Origin: Pelomyxa schiedti
Taxonomy: Eukaryota; Protista; Evosea
DNA: 64,000 bases
Direction: 5' to 3'
Assembly (NCBI GenBank): GCA_020536535.1
Contig: JAHLWZ010000016.1
Location: 62,001 to 126,000, forward strand
The translations under genes were made by a program, and so were the position numbers. This document shows, piece by piece, positions 1 to 13,207 of the stretch (the first letter of the stretch is position 1; each line of letters opens with the position of its first letter). The notes beneath the pieces are model-generated. The model was not told the DNA's origin and did not search any database. It saw only the letters and a list, made by a program, of their open reading frames with translations.

Positions 1-3000
1 AGCCGTCACAAAAATATCGGACCTTACTTCTGTATCCTTGCTATTTCATGATAAAACACTTAAAAAAAAAAATTAGGCACTCGACAGACTTGAGTCACAA
101 AATGCTGCTCTGTATCATACTTGTGGGAAAGCATTCTCTCGTATTGCAGGGCGATCTGCCATGTACAACCCTTACCCACGAATTGTATCTAAAAAAAAAA
201 GTAATTTTTGATCAATTTCTAGAGTCCTCAAGGCAGCACAAGTCCTTATTGAAAGAGCTATTTCCCTCCAGCCCAAGAATAGCGACTTCATCACAGAAGC
301 TGGGCATATTCAGTATCTACAGGGAAACTTCACCAACGGTCTTACACAATTTAAGGCTGCCCTCAAATTGAATGAAAGTAACATTGAGGCTATGTATGGT
401 TGGTTGCACTCTTATGTCTTAGGGTTAAACTGATAAATTCAGGACTGATAAAATGCCAACTCTATCTGAAGAATGTGTCAGAGGCAGAGAAACAAATTGA
501 ATTCCTACTTGAGATTCAGTCCTCCCTTGGTGATAATAATAAAAAGGCTGTACACACCTCATCAACCTCTAGATACCAGTGTAGAGCTCACATATATTAC
601 GGGACTCTTGAAGTGGATTAAATCAACTGACATGGAAGAATCAGCCCGGCTTTTCACGTCGGCAGTTGATTTGCACTTCAAAACTCTCTGCAATATACCA
701 CCAGGGTATTCTTTTAGTAGTGATGGTATGTGAAAAGTAATCAATCACAATAGGATGGATTTCTTTGTGAAGTTCAATGCTGATATGCTTCTCGATATTG
801 CGAAGCAATATCTGCAACATTATGCAGACGAGCCGCTAGATGCAGGTGCATATAATATTATCTCGAATATTTCATGAAGTTGAAGTTAACTTGAGTTTTA
901 CTTAGCGGCACCTATTCCACCTGTAATGAAAAAAGCAACTGAGCTTCTGGAAATTGTTTCAAAAACTATACCAGGACAATTGGAGTGCCTATACCTTTTA
1001 GCAAAGACAAGGTATATCATGAATGACTTAGAGAGTGCACAGTCATCCCTGGATCAGTGTCTCAGACTGGATCCTTCCTATGCTGATGTACTTTGACTCC
1101 ATCTTTGTTAAAGAAAAATTTGTAAATATTTCCCTAGGGCTTTTTACTATTATCACAGCTGCACCTTGCACACGGGCTCTTCAAACAGGCCCTGCAAGCT
1201 GTAGGGGATGCATTTACCCGCGAATTTAACATGAGATCAAATTCCTTGTACTACCTTCTACGCGCAAAAGCTCACTTTGGAATGGGAAGTGTCATGGAAG
1301 CTATTAAAGATTGTAATAATGGTGGGTTAGAACTATGATACTCTTCCTCTTACACACTTTTCCTAGGTTTGGATCTACCTGGCATTAGGAAGCCAATGCC
1401 AGCAGATACAACAAAGATAACCCTACAAGGACGCGAATTTGTCTTAGCACCACACACAACTGTTTCATTGTATATTCAACTCGCAAATTGTTATGCCGCC
1501 AACAGTCAACTGGTATGTAATAGTTGTACTTCTTCTTCTCATAGTACAATAGCCTTTAGCAAACCAAACCCTAACGCAATGTCTTGAAGCCTTTCGTGGT
1601 ACTGCAGAGGAGGTTCTCATGACAAGTCTGTAGTTATGTGTTAACATGTTGTAGATACGCATTATCATTGCTCAGAGTGATTTGTTGGCAAAAAATGGAG
1701 ATACAACAGGAGCACTCACCCTTCTGGGAAGAGTGGATGAAAGCAACGTGTATGCACCATTTTGGAACTTTTCTTGCTTAATCCAGAGTGTAGGTATTAT
1801 ATTCGTGCACAATGCGTAATGGCGAATATTTATCTTGTACATAACAATGACCGTGTCAATTACATACACTGCTTTGAACGTTTAACAGCATTACCCACAA
1901 AATCAACGCATTCTCTTTTGTTACTGGCCGACGCTTTCACTAGAGTACAAGAGGTAAAGTTTACATTAATAAGCAAATACGATAATCAACTTGAAACCTT
2001 ACACTAAACGCCTAAGATTGAAAGAGCTATCGAGACTTATCAAAGAGCGTTGGCTCTATGCCCTGAAGATCAAGATATTGCAATTAAGTTAGGAAAAGCT
2101 TATGTTGCCACTCACGACTTCGAGCAAGCGATCAAGTACTATCGTTCAGCACTCCATAGTGATTCAGCATCAGCCTCTACTCCCACAGTTTCAAATTCCA
2201 CCATCAACACACAATTGCGGTATGACTTGGCGGAGCTCTTGGCAAAACTGCATAGGTTTTCGGAGGCTGAATCTGTGGTTGCCGATATTACAGGGAGGTC
2301 CAAAGGTAGCCAGCACCACCATACCATAGCTAATTTTTTTTAAGGAGTGAGCTGCTCTGACTTGTCAAATGCAGGAAAATTTCAACTCCTCTTGGCACAA
2401 GTTCATTCCGCTGCTGGGATGGCTGATAGAACGATCGAGGACCTGATCAAGGCCAAAGAACTGCATACCACGTAATTCATAGAATCGAAAAGGGTTGCAA
2501 ATCACAGGGAAAATAGGCTATTAAATAAGATGAAAAATGAACAACCAGATCAAGTTAATGCCACAAAGGCGATACTAAGTGATATCTATGTAAAAATTGC
2601 CGATCACTTTACGTCTATAAATGATCAACTCCACGCCCAATCAAATTATCTTGAGGCATTACAACACAATGAAGGAAACAAACAGGTAAAGTTTCTCTTT
2701 TCTCTTAAAACGGTAATATTGTCAGGCTATGATTTCCTTAGCGAAACTGTACTTCACACGCAACAATAGCGGGGATGTGGACCTTTGCTATCAACAAGTA
2801 TGTATCTAACATGCCTAAGTTTTTGACTGAATTGGTGCAAGTGCATTGCTATTTTGCGCGATGATCCAACAAATGAAGAGGCGTCACTAATAATGGCTGA
2901 TCTGGTAATGTGAAAAAGAGATATCTTCGAAGTCAACCAAATGATAGATGGAAAGAAAAGGTGATCTGGTGGGTGCATCACGGCACCTTCAACAAATTTT

Positions 3001-4393
3001 GGAAGGCAAGCAGGATAATCTATCTGCTCTGGAGCGATTAGTATTACTACTGCAGAGGTTTTTTCCCTCTCACTCTCTTGAGTTTAAAGTCCCCAGGGGT
3101 GGAAAACTGGATGAATTACCCCCGATATTTACTTCTACTGCAAGTAAACTTCACAGTCCAAACGCGGGACTGCCATATTGCAAAGGCTTATATTACCGGT
3201 ACTGTTTGGATATCAGTAATGAATAATTGCGAAACACTTGTGCTCACTATTCTTACAAGTTTTACAAAGCACATCCCGGAGGCAGTAGAGCAGTTTAACA
3301 TGGCAAGGCATGACCCAGAGTGGGGCATAAAGGTGAGATTACTACAAGGAGTTTTTTAAAACACCCTGACAGGCCAAAATGAATATGATACAACTTTACC
3401 TTGGCGAAGAAGGGGATATGTTTATGGATGAAGATAGACCTGGAGGTGAAAGCTCGGCTTCTTCAATTGCATCTGCAAAGGAGCTAATGAGGGTTCGCAT
3501 CATGCCAAAACTAACTTTTCCTCTAATATTGTGAAGGAACTTCCAGAAACTTTTCAACAATCAATAGACTTCAGAGTAATGGAAAATATGTGCCTCATAC
3601 TGACGAGGAATAAGTCACTATGTGAACAAGCAAATACCGCCCTCACAAAAATAGTGGGTCCAGAGGAAGCTCCACCAGCCCACCTCGGGGCTCTTATTGG
3701 TAACACATGTTTTCTTTCCTCTTTACGTGATATGTGTAGCTTTGGCCATCGGTCACATGGCTCTTAAGCAAGCACCGAAAGCACGAAATCAGCTGAGAAG
3801 GTTTCTTAACACACCATCTGGACTTTATGCCAATTATCCATAGGCTTACAAAAATACCCATAACAAACGAAAACCTGGGACGGCTTGAGCGTGGGCACGT
3901 ATTACTGGCCCACTTGTGTATACAGGTGTGGTGATTTGCTCCATGCGTTCTCTGACCCCGCATCAGAATGGGAAAAATGAGCAGGCTCTCGAGTACATAG
4001 AAAAATGCCTGGAAGTTAATCGGTCATGCTCTAAAGCATATGAGTTGTATGGGTATGTAACCTACCTGTAGAATGTGCATCTTTTAACTTCGCTTTCAAG
4101 ATTGATAAAGGAGAAAGAGGGTTTACATAAAGAGGCAGCAGACAAATATGTTGTAGCTTGGAACATATCCAGGCGCACAGACTTAACCGTCGGCTACAAG
4201 CTTGCCTTTAATTACCTCAAGGTAACGCCAATTGTGTTGCCTTTATCCGCCGACTAAACGCGATGCGTAACAAAAGGCCAAGAAGTACCTAGAGTCGATC
4301 GACGTGTGCAACAGGATTCTCCAACTAAACGACAAGTATCCCAAGATCAAACGAGAAATTCTAGACAAAGCCCGAACAACACTGCGATTGTGA
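1..4393 (+). CDS. TTC21B: Tetratricopeptide repeat protein 21B / IFT139 (IFT-A subunit), 5'-partial, multi-exon
   Basis: Hand-spliced exons give TPR-rich protein with TTC21B-like segments [100 protein letters not shown]; stop TGA 4391-4393; over 20 GT-AG introns restore the frame. Confidence 0.92.
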
Positions 4394-4586
4394 CCGCATA
4401 CATGACTACGTAGGCAGCAACGTGCACAGGTTCGTTTTATTAAAAAGATGTTAGTGTATTTATTAGCACATTGAGATTCGTTTGACACATTAACCGGCGA
4501 AACACGCCAATCATCACTGCTTTTTCTCGGATATTCGTTCCGACAAAAAAATCAACCAAAACAAATAAAAAATAAAACATTCAACG

Positions 4587-7500
4587 ATGGACGCGAGTGG
4601 ATCTGACGATGCTAAGCCGTGTACGGGTGACAGCAACACCAAAACAGTGGGCCTTAGATCTAACACGAGAGCCGTTGTGGTCGTTTCACAAAACGACGTA
4701 GACGTCGGAACTACCGAGAGAAAACCGACTGGCGAGGAGGCCACAAACGAACCGAACAATGACGTTTCATCCACGACCGAATTGAACTCCGCTGTTCCAG
4801 GAACTCCGCTGGTGGAGGCCTCGCCGGACCGCACGCGAGCTTGTGTGACGTCACCCACATCAGCCGGCTCCAGTGAGTCTTCTGTGGCAAAGCGTCCTAC
4901 GGTTCACCATGGGACTCACCACGCTTCCTCGTCTTCTTCAATTTCCAGAGGCGGGAATCGACATTCTTCGTCTAATTTGCATCACTCCTCTCCTGCACAT
5001 GATCACTACTACTATTCCTCAGAGGACCACTACCGGGCTGAAAGAGATAGGGATACAGATAAGGATAGAGATAGAGATAGGGATAGGGACAGGGACAGGG
5101 ACCGAAACAAGGACAAGTACGTTGATAGGGATCTGGAGGATAGAGAAAGAGAGTGGGATAGGGATAGGGATAGGGATAGAGACAGGGACAGAGATCGAGA
5201 TAGAGATAGAGACAGATACAGGGACATAGATAGAGATAGAGATAGAGATAGGGATAGGGACAGAGACAGGGACAGGGACAGAGACAGAGACAGAGACAGA
5301 GACAGAGACAGGGACAGGGACAAAGACAGAGATAAAGAGCACCACCACTCACATCACCACTCCTCACATCATCACTCTTCACATCACTCAACACGCGTTT
5401 CTGATAGGGAAGACAAGGAACCCAGAAACACTGAAGAGTATGATGAAGAGCTAGCAAACATGCCTGATCGCCGCTCTAGTGAGGAAATTGACGTAATAGC
5501 GGATGCTGTTGCTGAGGCGCGACGTATAAGTAGAGAGAGGCCCGCCTCAGCTCTGCAATTTAGATCTCCTCCCTCACCACCATTGGTTTTACCAATGACA
5601 CCTCCCCCTTCTACCCTTGGGGGGGAGCTACGGCAGCCTCAGTACAAGCACAAGGCTCAAAGCACGGGGGATGTTCGGTCCCCTATGTCTCAAGTGACCC
5701 CTTCCCCTGATCTGGGAACACTGTCACCCCCACTAGAAACTTCCGCCACACCTTCTACTCCATCACAAACATTGACTACTACTCCTTCAGCAAACTCTCC
5801 TGCCAGTACACCCAATCTCTCAATTGTTCTATCCCCAGTACTCTCACCAACTCTTCCAGCGGCACCACCACTGAATGTGCCTCCTCCATTAACCGTGCCC
5901 CCTTCTCTGGCGTTACCAAAAATTTCTGGTGCTCCGGTATCCCCAACGCTGGTGCCTGCTACTCCCTCCCCAACAATGTCGCCTACTCCCACATTACCCA
6001 CTTTGTCATCTGCAACTGTTCAACCAACTGTCCCTGCCTCTTCAAAACTCTTGGCCACGCAAACACCTGAACAGGCACGCCCAACTCACAGAAAAGGCCG
6101 AAGTATGTTGTGGGGAGGTTCCTCAAAAAATACAGGCTTCCTAGCTTTCAAGGGGAAAAGTGATGCACAGTCGTATGTTATTTGGTACTATGCAAACGAT
6201 GTACTGATATTCCCTTCAATGTATCACAGTGAAAAGTCCAAAAATCAAAAGAACATCTTTCTTGGTACACCCCCAAGTACAAGCCCAACTCCGCGCACAC
6301 GGCGCCTGAGTGATCCTGTGGCTGTAGAAAATTTAAACGTATGTGGTGGTTTGGATCAATGTGAAGCTCATCATTCCCAGAAATCCGAGCCCCTCAAAGA
6401 ACCCCCACCCAAGATCGAACCCCAGAAAACAGCAAAAATTCTGGACAAACAACCACCATCCACCGAGAATCGAGCTACCAGCACTAGTGATAAGCAGAAT
6501 GTAGCCTCTGACCAACAAGTTACGGTTCCTGATAAATCAACAGTGGCTGGTCCATTGGTAGCACAGGAAAAGCCAGACTGCGGTGAGATTTCCCGCTCCT
6601 TCAACGATTAAGCGAAAGATACAAGCTTAACCTTTGACCTTGCCATTTTCTAGATGTACAAAAGAATGCGGAACCTAGCTTAACCCCTGCCATCCAAACA
6701 GAGGCAAGACACTTTGAATATGAAAATAACTCTAACATTTTTTTTTCTTCTTCCAGGGAAACCAATCAGCACAAACGGTTGATTCTATTTAGTTTCTGCC
6801 ATACGTTTATCGTACATAGACACAACCAACCGAATCTGCAGGGTTACTTGATCAAGCAATCTCTTTATTCAACACCAGTCCCAAGAAAGTGCGTTTTCTT
6901 TAATGCATACCCTGACATTTATTTTTCCGCACAGGCAGTAGCACTGTTAATTAAAGGGGGAATAGTGCAAGACAGTCCTGTTTCGATAGCATCCTTTCTG
7001 TGGGCTCACCAAGAAATTCCCCGATTTGGTGTTGGCGATTTTCTCGGAGAGCCGTAATGACAATGTTTCTGAGATTTGTTCTCATTCTCGTCAGAACAAC
7101 GACGGATATTTTAGTTCAATACCTTCGATTTTATGAAATGGAACACCTAGGCTATGAAGCTGCACTGAGGTCTCCCATCTTCCCCTGATTGTCAACCATT
7201 AACCCCCTGCAGACACTTCCTGAGTACATTCACACTTCCAAAAGAATCCCAAAAAATAGACCGAATTGTGCAATGCTTTTCTGATTGCTACTATCCTCAT
7301 TCTGATCATTCATTATTTCAGTCGTCAGGTTACCCAACCAGCCCCCTACCCAGTATTTGACTACCTCTAGTTCCTATTTATGTACTGACATATGGTCTTA
7401 TTCTTCTGAACACGGATAAACACAACCAACATTTGAAAAAGAGTAAGAGGATGACTCTACAACAATTTGTGAAAAACTTTTCCAAGACCGAGCTTGTATG

Positions 7501-10136
7501 TTTGCCAACAGGGATTAAGTTTAACATATTTTGAAGCGTGTTGATGAAAAAATGATACCGTTTCTTCAAGAACTATATACCCAGATAAGTGATTATGAAC
7601 TGAAGTTTGCTGCCTCAGACCCTTTTCCAAATGTTATTTTCCGCCCTGTTTGTTTAAAGAGTAACTTGAGATAGGCCCTGAAGACAGGCTGGCTTATTCG
7701 GGACACTGGACTTCAATCAAAGAAACGGTGGTGCGTTCTCTGTAAAGAGAACGGATTTCGACATTTTTCTAGTCCTACTGTGGGTTTTTTCCTGTTTTTT
7801 AATTTTGTTATGACTTTTTCCCCTAGCAATTCTCTACTCCATTGAAGGTTCTTCCACTAAAAACCTTGACAATTTTTGGCATTCAGAAGCTACGAAACAA
7901 ACTTGTTTTTCGGCTTGGGTACCCTGGGCCCAATAGCAAACCAGTACTGCTCCTATTTCATATGCTAAAGAAATAACCCAAAAAAGCGTGAAATGAAATT
8001 GGTAGCTGAGTATATCCACGCTGGAGAAGAATGGGTAACTGCTTTTCAGTATTTACTTGGCAGTGGACCTTCTTGTTCATCTGGCCCCACTGCCACAGCA
8101 CCACCTAAAACCCCTAACTCAACCGAACCTACTCCAGTGGCAAGCCCACCCAACACCACAGCGACCACTTCTTCATCATCCCTTACATCACTGAAATCGC
8201 CACCTGAGACAGAACACACAGACTCCCAAGATAAGGTCACTCAACAAATCCCAGATAAGGATTCAGCTATAACGCTAATACCTCAAACCAATCCACCGGC
8301 AACACCCAATTCCACCCTCACCTCCGACAACTCAAGTCATGAGACACCTCCAACAGAAAAGCCATCAAATGAGGGAACCACTGAAATCCTCTCTGAATCA
8401 GACATACGGGAAACAACCCCAACACCTTCAGCGCCTCAAACACCTTCAACATCACAAACACCCATAGAGCCAACCACACCATCTGTAATATCAGCAGCTA
8501 CCATCCCCACAATTATAAACACTGCAGAGCCTGTCACAGTAGCCACAATTGAGAAAACTTCGTCAGAAGCTAGCCTGAGTAACTTAACACCCATGAGTGA
8601 ACCAAAAACTTCCTCTACTCCTGAAGAGCCACGGGCAAATGAGAATAACCCTGCAGTAGAAGATAAACCCAAAACTGATACTGGAGCCCGTATCGACAAT
8701 GCAGCAGACACACCACACGAAGGCACTACACTCCCCCCTGAAACTCCTGTTAAGGCTGTGCCTGATACAACGATACCCAGCGGTGGCCCCACTCAAATTC
8801 AAAACGCAATTGGTGAGAAGCTTGTTGCGGCTTCCCCACAAAGCCCTTTCGCTGTTCAACCCCGGTTGTTGGGGCCAGAGACTGCCGCAATTATATCAAC
8901 GCCTCTTAAACCCCGCCTTGGGGTGTACAATAGACCGATGCTACGTACTCCATCACGCCCAGAGAGGCTATTTGCCCCACAATCTACTTTAAGGAAGGGA
9001 AATGACTGTGTATCGTAAGCAATACCTTTATTTGCTATTACTAACACCAACAACAGAATTCTCAACCCCGATGGCTCTGATACAGGCAAGGTTTGTTCTA
9101 TGAAAGAAGCTTGCAGAGATGGCTACCTACATAGAAGAGTGTGTGTTGCAGTTGTGTCAAGGTTGGAATATCGACGAATACTCATCCCATTTCTCATTGA
9201 TTACTTAGACCACAAAGAATTTTGTGTTACCAATACAAAGAAGAGGGCGCAAAAGGTATTGTCAACAATGCAACTTTTGTGTAACTCGTGCTCTAGATGC
9301 ACCCTGGCGTTATGTGTTAAGTACGTTTCGTTTCAAGGGATAACTGAAGTCTTTCTCCATTTTAACATTTTTTACAGTTGAGCATGTCAGTTATGGCTGT
9401 AGTAGTGTTTTAACAGCAGCGAAGCTCGTACATACCCAGCTGGGGATAAATATTAATGAACAAACCGAAAAATTGCAGTTTCAGTTTTCCAAAGTTGCTG
9501 CCATTCCTCGGACTTCTGGTAAAATCCCGTGGTCTTACATTAGAGCTGATTGAACATTTACCAGTTGCTGCCTTACTCAATACGTACATGGACGTCTTCT
9601 TTCTTTTCGTTGAAGAGTCCATAATTACCAGTGCTCTACTCTCTACCGGTGACCTTTCCGAGATTCGCTTCTTTCCACACTCTGAGCTGAGAACTGCACT
9701 ACCGTCACTAAAAAAAGCGCCAAGCTGTGACCAGCCAAGCACCGGTTCTCACGCCTTGGGCATGGAGCAACAAATTGAGAGCGAAGACGAAAACAGCGAC
9801 GGCAGCCTAGAATCCGAGTCTGAGTCCGACTCAGAGTCATCCACGCCCGAGTCCTCGCCCCTCTCGCCCCTCGGGGCAGCCAACATACTCGGCAAGTCAC
9901 CCCCGCTGTTTGCCGGGGGTGCCGCAATGCTAGCCACCAAAGCCGTTGCTGCGGTGGTGTCCCCACTCTCAGCCTCCCCACCATCACCACCCGCAAGCAT
10001 CACACCACTACACCCACACAACAAGAAACCCAAGAACACACCCACATCACTCACCACACCGACAACCAAGTTTGTGTGCACACTAGGCGTAGCACTTAGA
10101 CAGCTCCTCTTTGAGAAGCTGGATACAATTTTGTAA
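4587..10136 (+). CDS. Sec7-PH domain ARF guanine-nucleotide exchange factor with N-terminal RD repeat, Pro/Thr-rich linkers and unknown C-terminal domain
   Basis: Spliced Sec7 motifs LFNTSPKKAV, VGDFLGE, FLSTFTLPKESQKIDRIVQCFS (glutamic finger kept), LTYGLILLNTDKHN; PH start KTGWLIRDTGLQSKKRWCVL (~7680-7745); long exons 4587-6172 and 7827-9015; stop TAA 10134-10136. Confidence 0.85.
5043..5336 (+). repeat. Degenerate hexamer array (GAYAGR)n encoding an Arg-Asp dipeptide (RD) repeat
   Basis: GATAGA/GACAGG/GATAGG units, translating DRDRDR in the long + ORF; synonymous variation among units indicates selection at protein level. Confidence 0.95.
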
Positions 10137-10309
10137 AAGCTTATTATTTTGTTCTATGGGAAATTACGGGAATTTGTTGTGCAACAACCGGAAACTACGT
10201 TGAAATCGAATAACAAGAAGAAGTGGGGATTAACATAAGATAACTCAACTGATGTCTTCTTAAACGGCCAAATGGGAAGCAAAAACGCAGAAAGAAATAA
10301 AGTTGCACA

Positions 10310-11660
10310 ATGTCAACAACGCTGTCAGAGCAAAGAGCCCTCACGCTTCCCTCCAAGGTAAGTCAACCTCATGTTTGCTTGTAATGGTTATAAACTCAAA
10401 CCACCTCAGACCTCGGAATATCCAAGTGCACAGAGCAGAGGGGAGTGTCACTTGCCGCTGGTGGCCCGGTTCGTTGTTGTAGTGACAGGAGCAAACAAAG
10501 GGCTGGGTCATTCAGTGTGCTCAATACTGGCCAGGAGACCATGGGCATCAGAATTTGCTGGTTCGAACACCGGGTTGGATTCTCCCAGCGGAGCTCATTC
10601 TACCCTTCCTGATGTTGTTGTTGTGGTAATGGCTGCGCGTGACTCTGTTAGGAACTCTGCTGCCCGTGATGATATTGTGAGTGCTGGAGTGGCTGGAAGT
10701 GATGTGACCGTGGTGGCCGGGGATGGCACGGGAATGAGGGGTGTCAGTACCTTGTGTGCCAGTGGCAATCTTGATGCTGTGGGAAGCAGCGGTAACAGGC
10801 CAGTGATTGTGGTGATGGACTGCCTGACCATGGATGTGGGTGAGGAGTTGTCTGTAAAGCGCGGAGCCCAGATTGTGAGGGAGAGATGGGGCAGAGTTGA
10901 CTTACTGATAAACAACGCCGCCATTGCTCCAAAGGATCCAGCAAATACCACTATTCTAGAAGTCTCTCCTCAGGTTTCCCTGAGTCAGATTTTCTTATTT
11001 TTTTACACATCATCAACAGGCTGCTACGGATATTTTCCAGATAAACGTGCACGGTGTACTTAGTGTAATGGACGCTTTTATTCCAATTATGTCACATCCT
11101 AAGAGCTCCGGAAACGCACAGAGCGGAGGCTACACAATGCCTCATATTGTAAATGTATCAAGTAAAAGTGGAATCAGGGTTCTGGACAGGTCAAGCCAGG
11201 AAGTACAACAAAGAATTAAATCCGTTTCTGATATACCCTCAATCATTTCCCTGATGGACGAATATGTAAGTAGTATCTAGGTCATTTCCCGAGTTCTTAT
11301 GCGCCTCAGATTTCGCTCCTCAAGATTGGAAAGGAGCACACAGAAGCCCAAGGATGGGACACATATATCTATGGTGTATCAAAGGCATTTGTGACCATGG
11401 CAACAAAGATATATGCAAGAAAGCACCCCGAAGTGCTTGTTACATGCCTCCACCCAGGCACTTGTATGACTGATCTGATTCCAGTCTGCTGGTATCTTAC
11501 ACTGCAGTTCTATGGTACCTACACAATTTTTTTTTTTAGAAAGAGCTCACAGAGTACAGACGCCAACTTTGGGGCGAATGCCATACTTAAACAGGCCTTT
11601 TCGCGACCTGAACCAGGCTCTTTTTGTGATGAATTTGGAACCCCCTATCCCGGGTTCTAA
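10310..11660 (+). CDS. Short-chain dehydrogenase/reductase, carbonyl reductase (CBR1)-like
   Basis: TGANKGLG Rossmann motif, GRVDLLINNAAI, IVNVSS, catalytic YGVSK, CLHPGTCMTDL; ATG 10310, 4 short introns. Confidence 0.88.
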
Positions 11661-11816
11661 GAGTCACTCACCATGTAAAAATAAATGATTATGGAGAAAA
11701 GAGAAAATATTGCCCGTCACTACCTCACAGAGCCCATTGCGCAACATCAACAAAGGACCATCAATTGACAATCATCACCCAACTTTCGAAGAAAATAACG
11801 ATTCATTTTTGATCAC

Positions 11817-12758
11817 ATGGACGCGCGAGGTGACTTCAGTACCGGTACGGCTAGTCCAAACGACGACGCATTCAAAGTGTCTATTTTAGCACGAGATCAA
11901 ATGATTCAGTTGCTATTCGGGCAGTGGTCGTCATCGCCAGCCCCTCCTCTCGGCGAGACCACACACGAAACGTAGAGACAATACATCGGCGTCCCACAAT
12001 GGCCCGGCTTGGTGGAGACCCAAGTCAAAAATGGGGCTCGTGTCTGCACACCACCACCGTCACTCCAACCACAGGCCCTGGGCGTTTCGTCCGTCGTGTC
12101 TCTTTGACTGCCGTTCCGCCGACTACGGTCGGTGCTACTTGTGGATGTTGACTGATAGCGTCTTGGCCGAGTATGTGGGTGATCTGGCCCGAGAGGAGGG
12201 TCTTGGTCGGATTTGCCGGCGAGCCCAGCGAAATGAGCTGGGACGACGAGTCGCCTGAGTACCTGTTCTTCAGTGTGAGTCCCACTCTGGGCATAGTCCA
12301 TGAGCCTGCGAAGGTGCCGTGGTGGGACAAGAATTGCTTCGGGTGGCTTGGTGGAAACAGGTTCATGGTGAAAGTATCAAATCCAGCAGTTGCTTTCCTC
12401 TGCTCCTTCACCAACATTCTCACTAATGGCTGAGGAGTCATCCTGCTTTCCAAGTGCCCATGCGGGTCAAGTTCACCACTTTGTTCCAGGATCAATGGTT
12501 GCTGGTGGCTGTGGAATTATCGTTTCAAGCGCTCTCTCCATGCACTCAGTGCAACCGGGCCAAAGAGGAGTCACACTCTTTAAAACAAAAGATCCGGCAG
12601 CAGCTAACTTCTGTAGTCCAAGGGTTCAGATGTACCACCAATTCATTGATGCAATAACAGGCACACTCATTTTCACAATGAACCAAAAAAGGATGGACAA
12701 AGCTCTCCTTCCAATATACGCCAAGGCAGTTCCCTTCCACTCCCCTTTATGTGATTGA
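11817..12758 (+). pseudogene. Frameshifted, internally deleted paralog of the 13041-14729 gene
   Basis: Shares ARDQMIQLLF/ARSQILQLLF, YxFFSVSPTLGIVHEP, GWLGGNRF, ESSCFP..VHxFVPGS and FIDAxTGxLIFTM..KAVPF with the downstream gene, but segments lie in different frames, a ~10-nt loss occurs near 12175-12180 and ~650 nt of the paralog is missing at ~12370-12385. Confidence 0.8.
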
Positions 12759-13040
12759 GCTCCATCCAATTTGTATTGTATTTCGATCACTAAACAGAAC
12801 ATATCCTACCAGCAGCTTAGCCTTAGATGGCGAGCAGAAGTTGAGAGTTTGAGCAAAAATAACTGCAAACCCATTGTGCCGAGGTAGATTGGGTGGTGCT
12901 GGGGATGGTTGTTGTTTTCCTTGGTAGTAAGTAGGGGAGTAAGACCCCTGCAGATTCGCCATTTCCCAGAAATCCATCCAGTGATCACTCGCAACACCGC
13001 AGTTTTCCACGAGCATCGTGCTGCGTATTGCCTGTCGTGC

Positions 13041-13151
13041 ATGCTTCCGAAAAAACACCCCAACGAAGAGGTGACATTACATTTGGGCACCGCTGCACGC
13101 AGCCAGATTCTTCAGTTGCTCTTTGCCCAGTCGTGCCCCCGCGCCATCGCT

Positions 13152-13207
<56 letters not shown>

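Noticed and set aside
1-4393. Frequent in-frame stops suggesting an alternative genetic code or pseudogenes
   Set aside because: Every interruption examined is removed by a short GT-AG (rarely GC-AG) intron under the standard code.
4972-5457. Minus-strand ORFs with SLSLSL, VSVSVP and CLCLYL repeats
   Set aside because: They are shadows of the RD-encoding hexamer repeat on the + strand.
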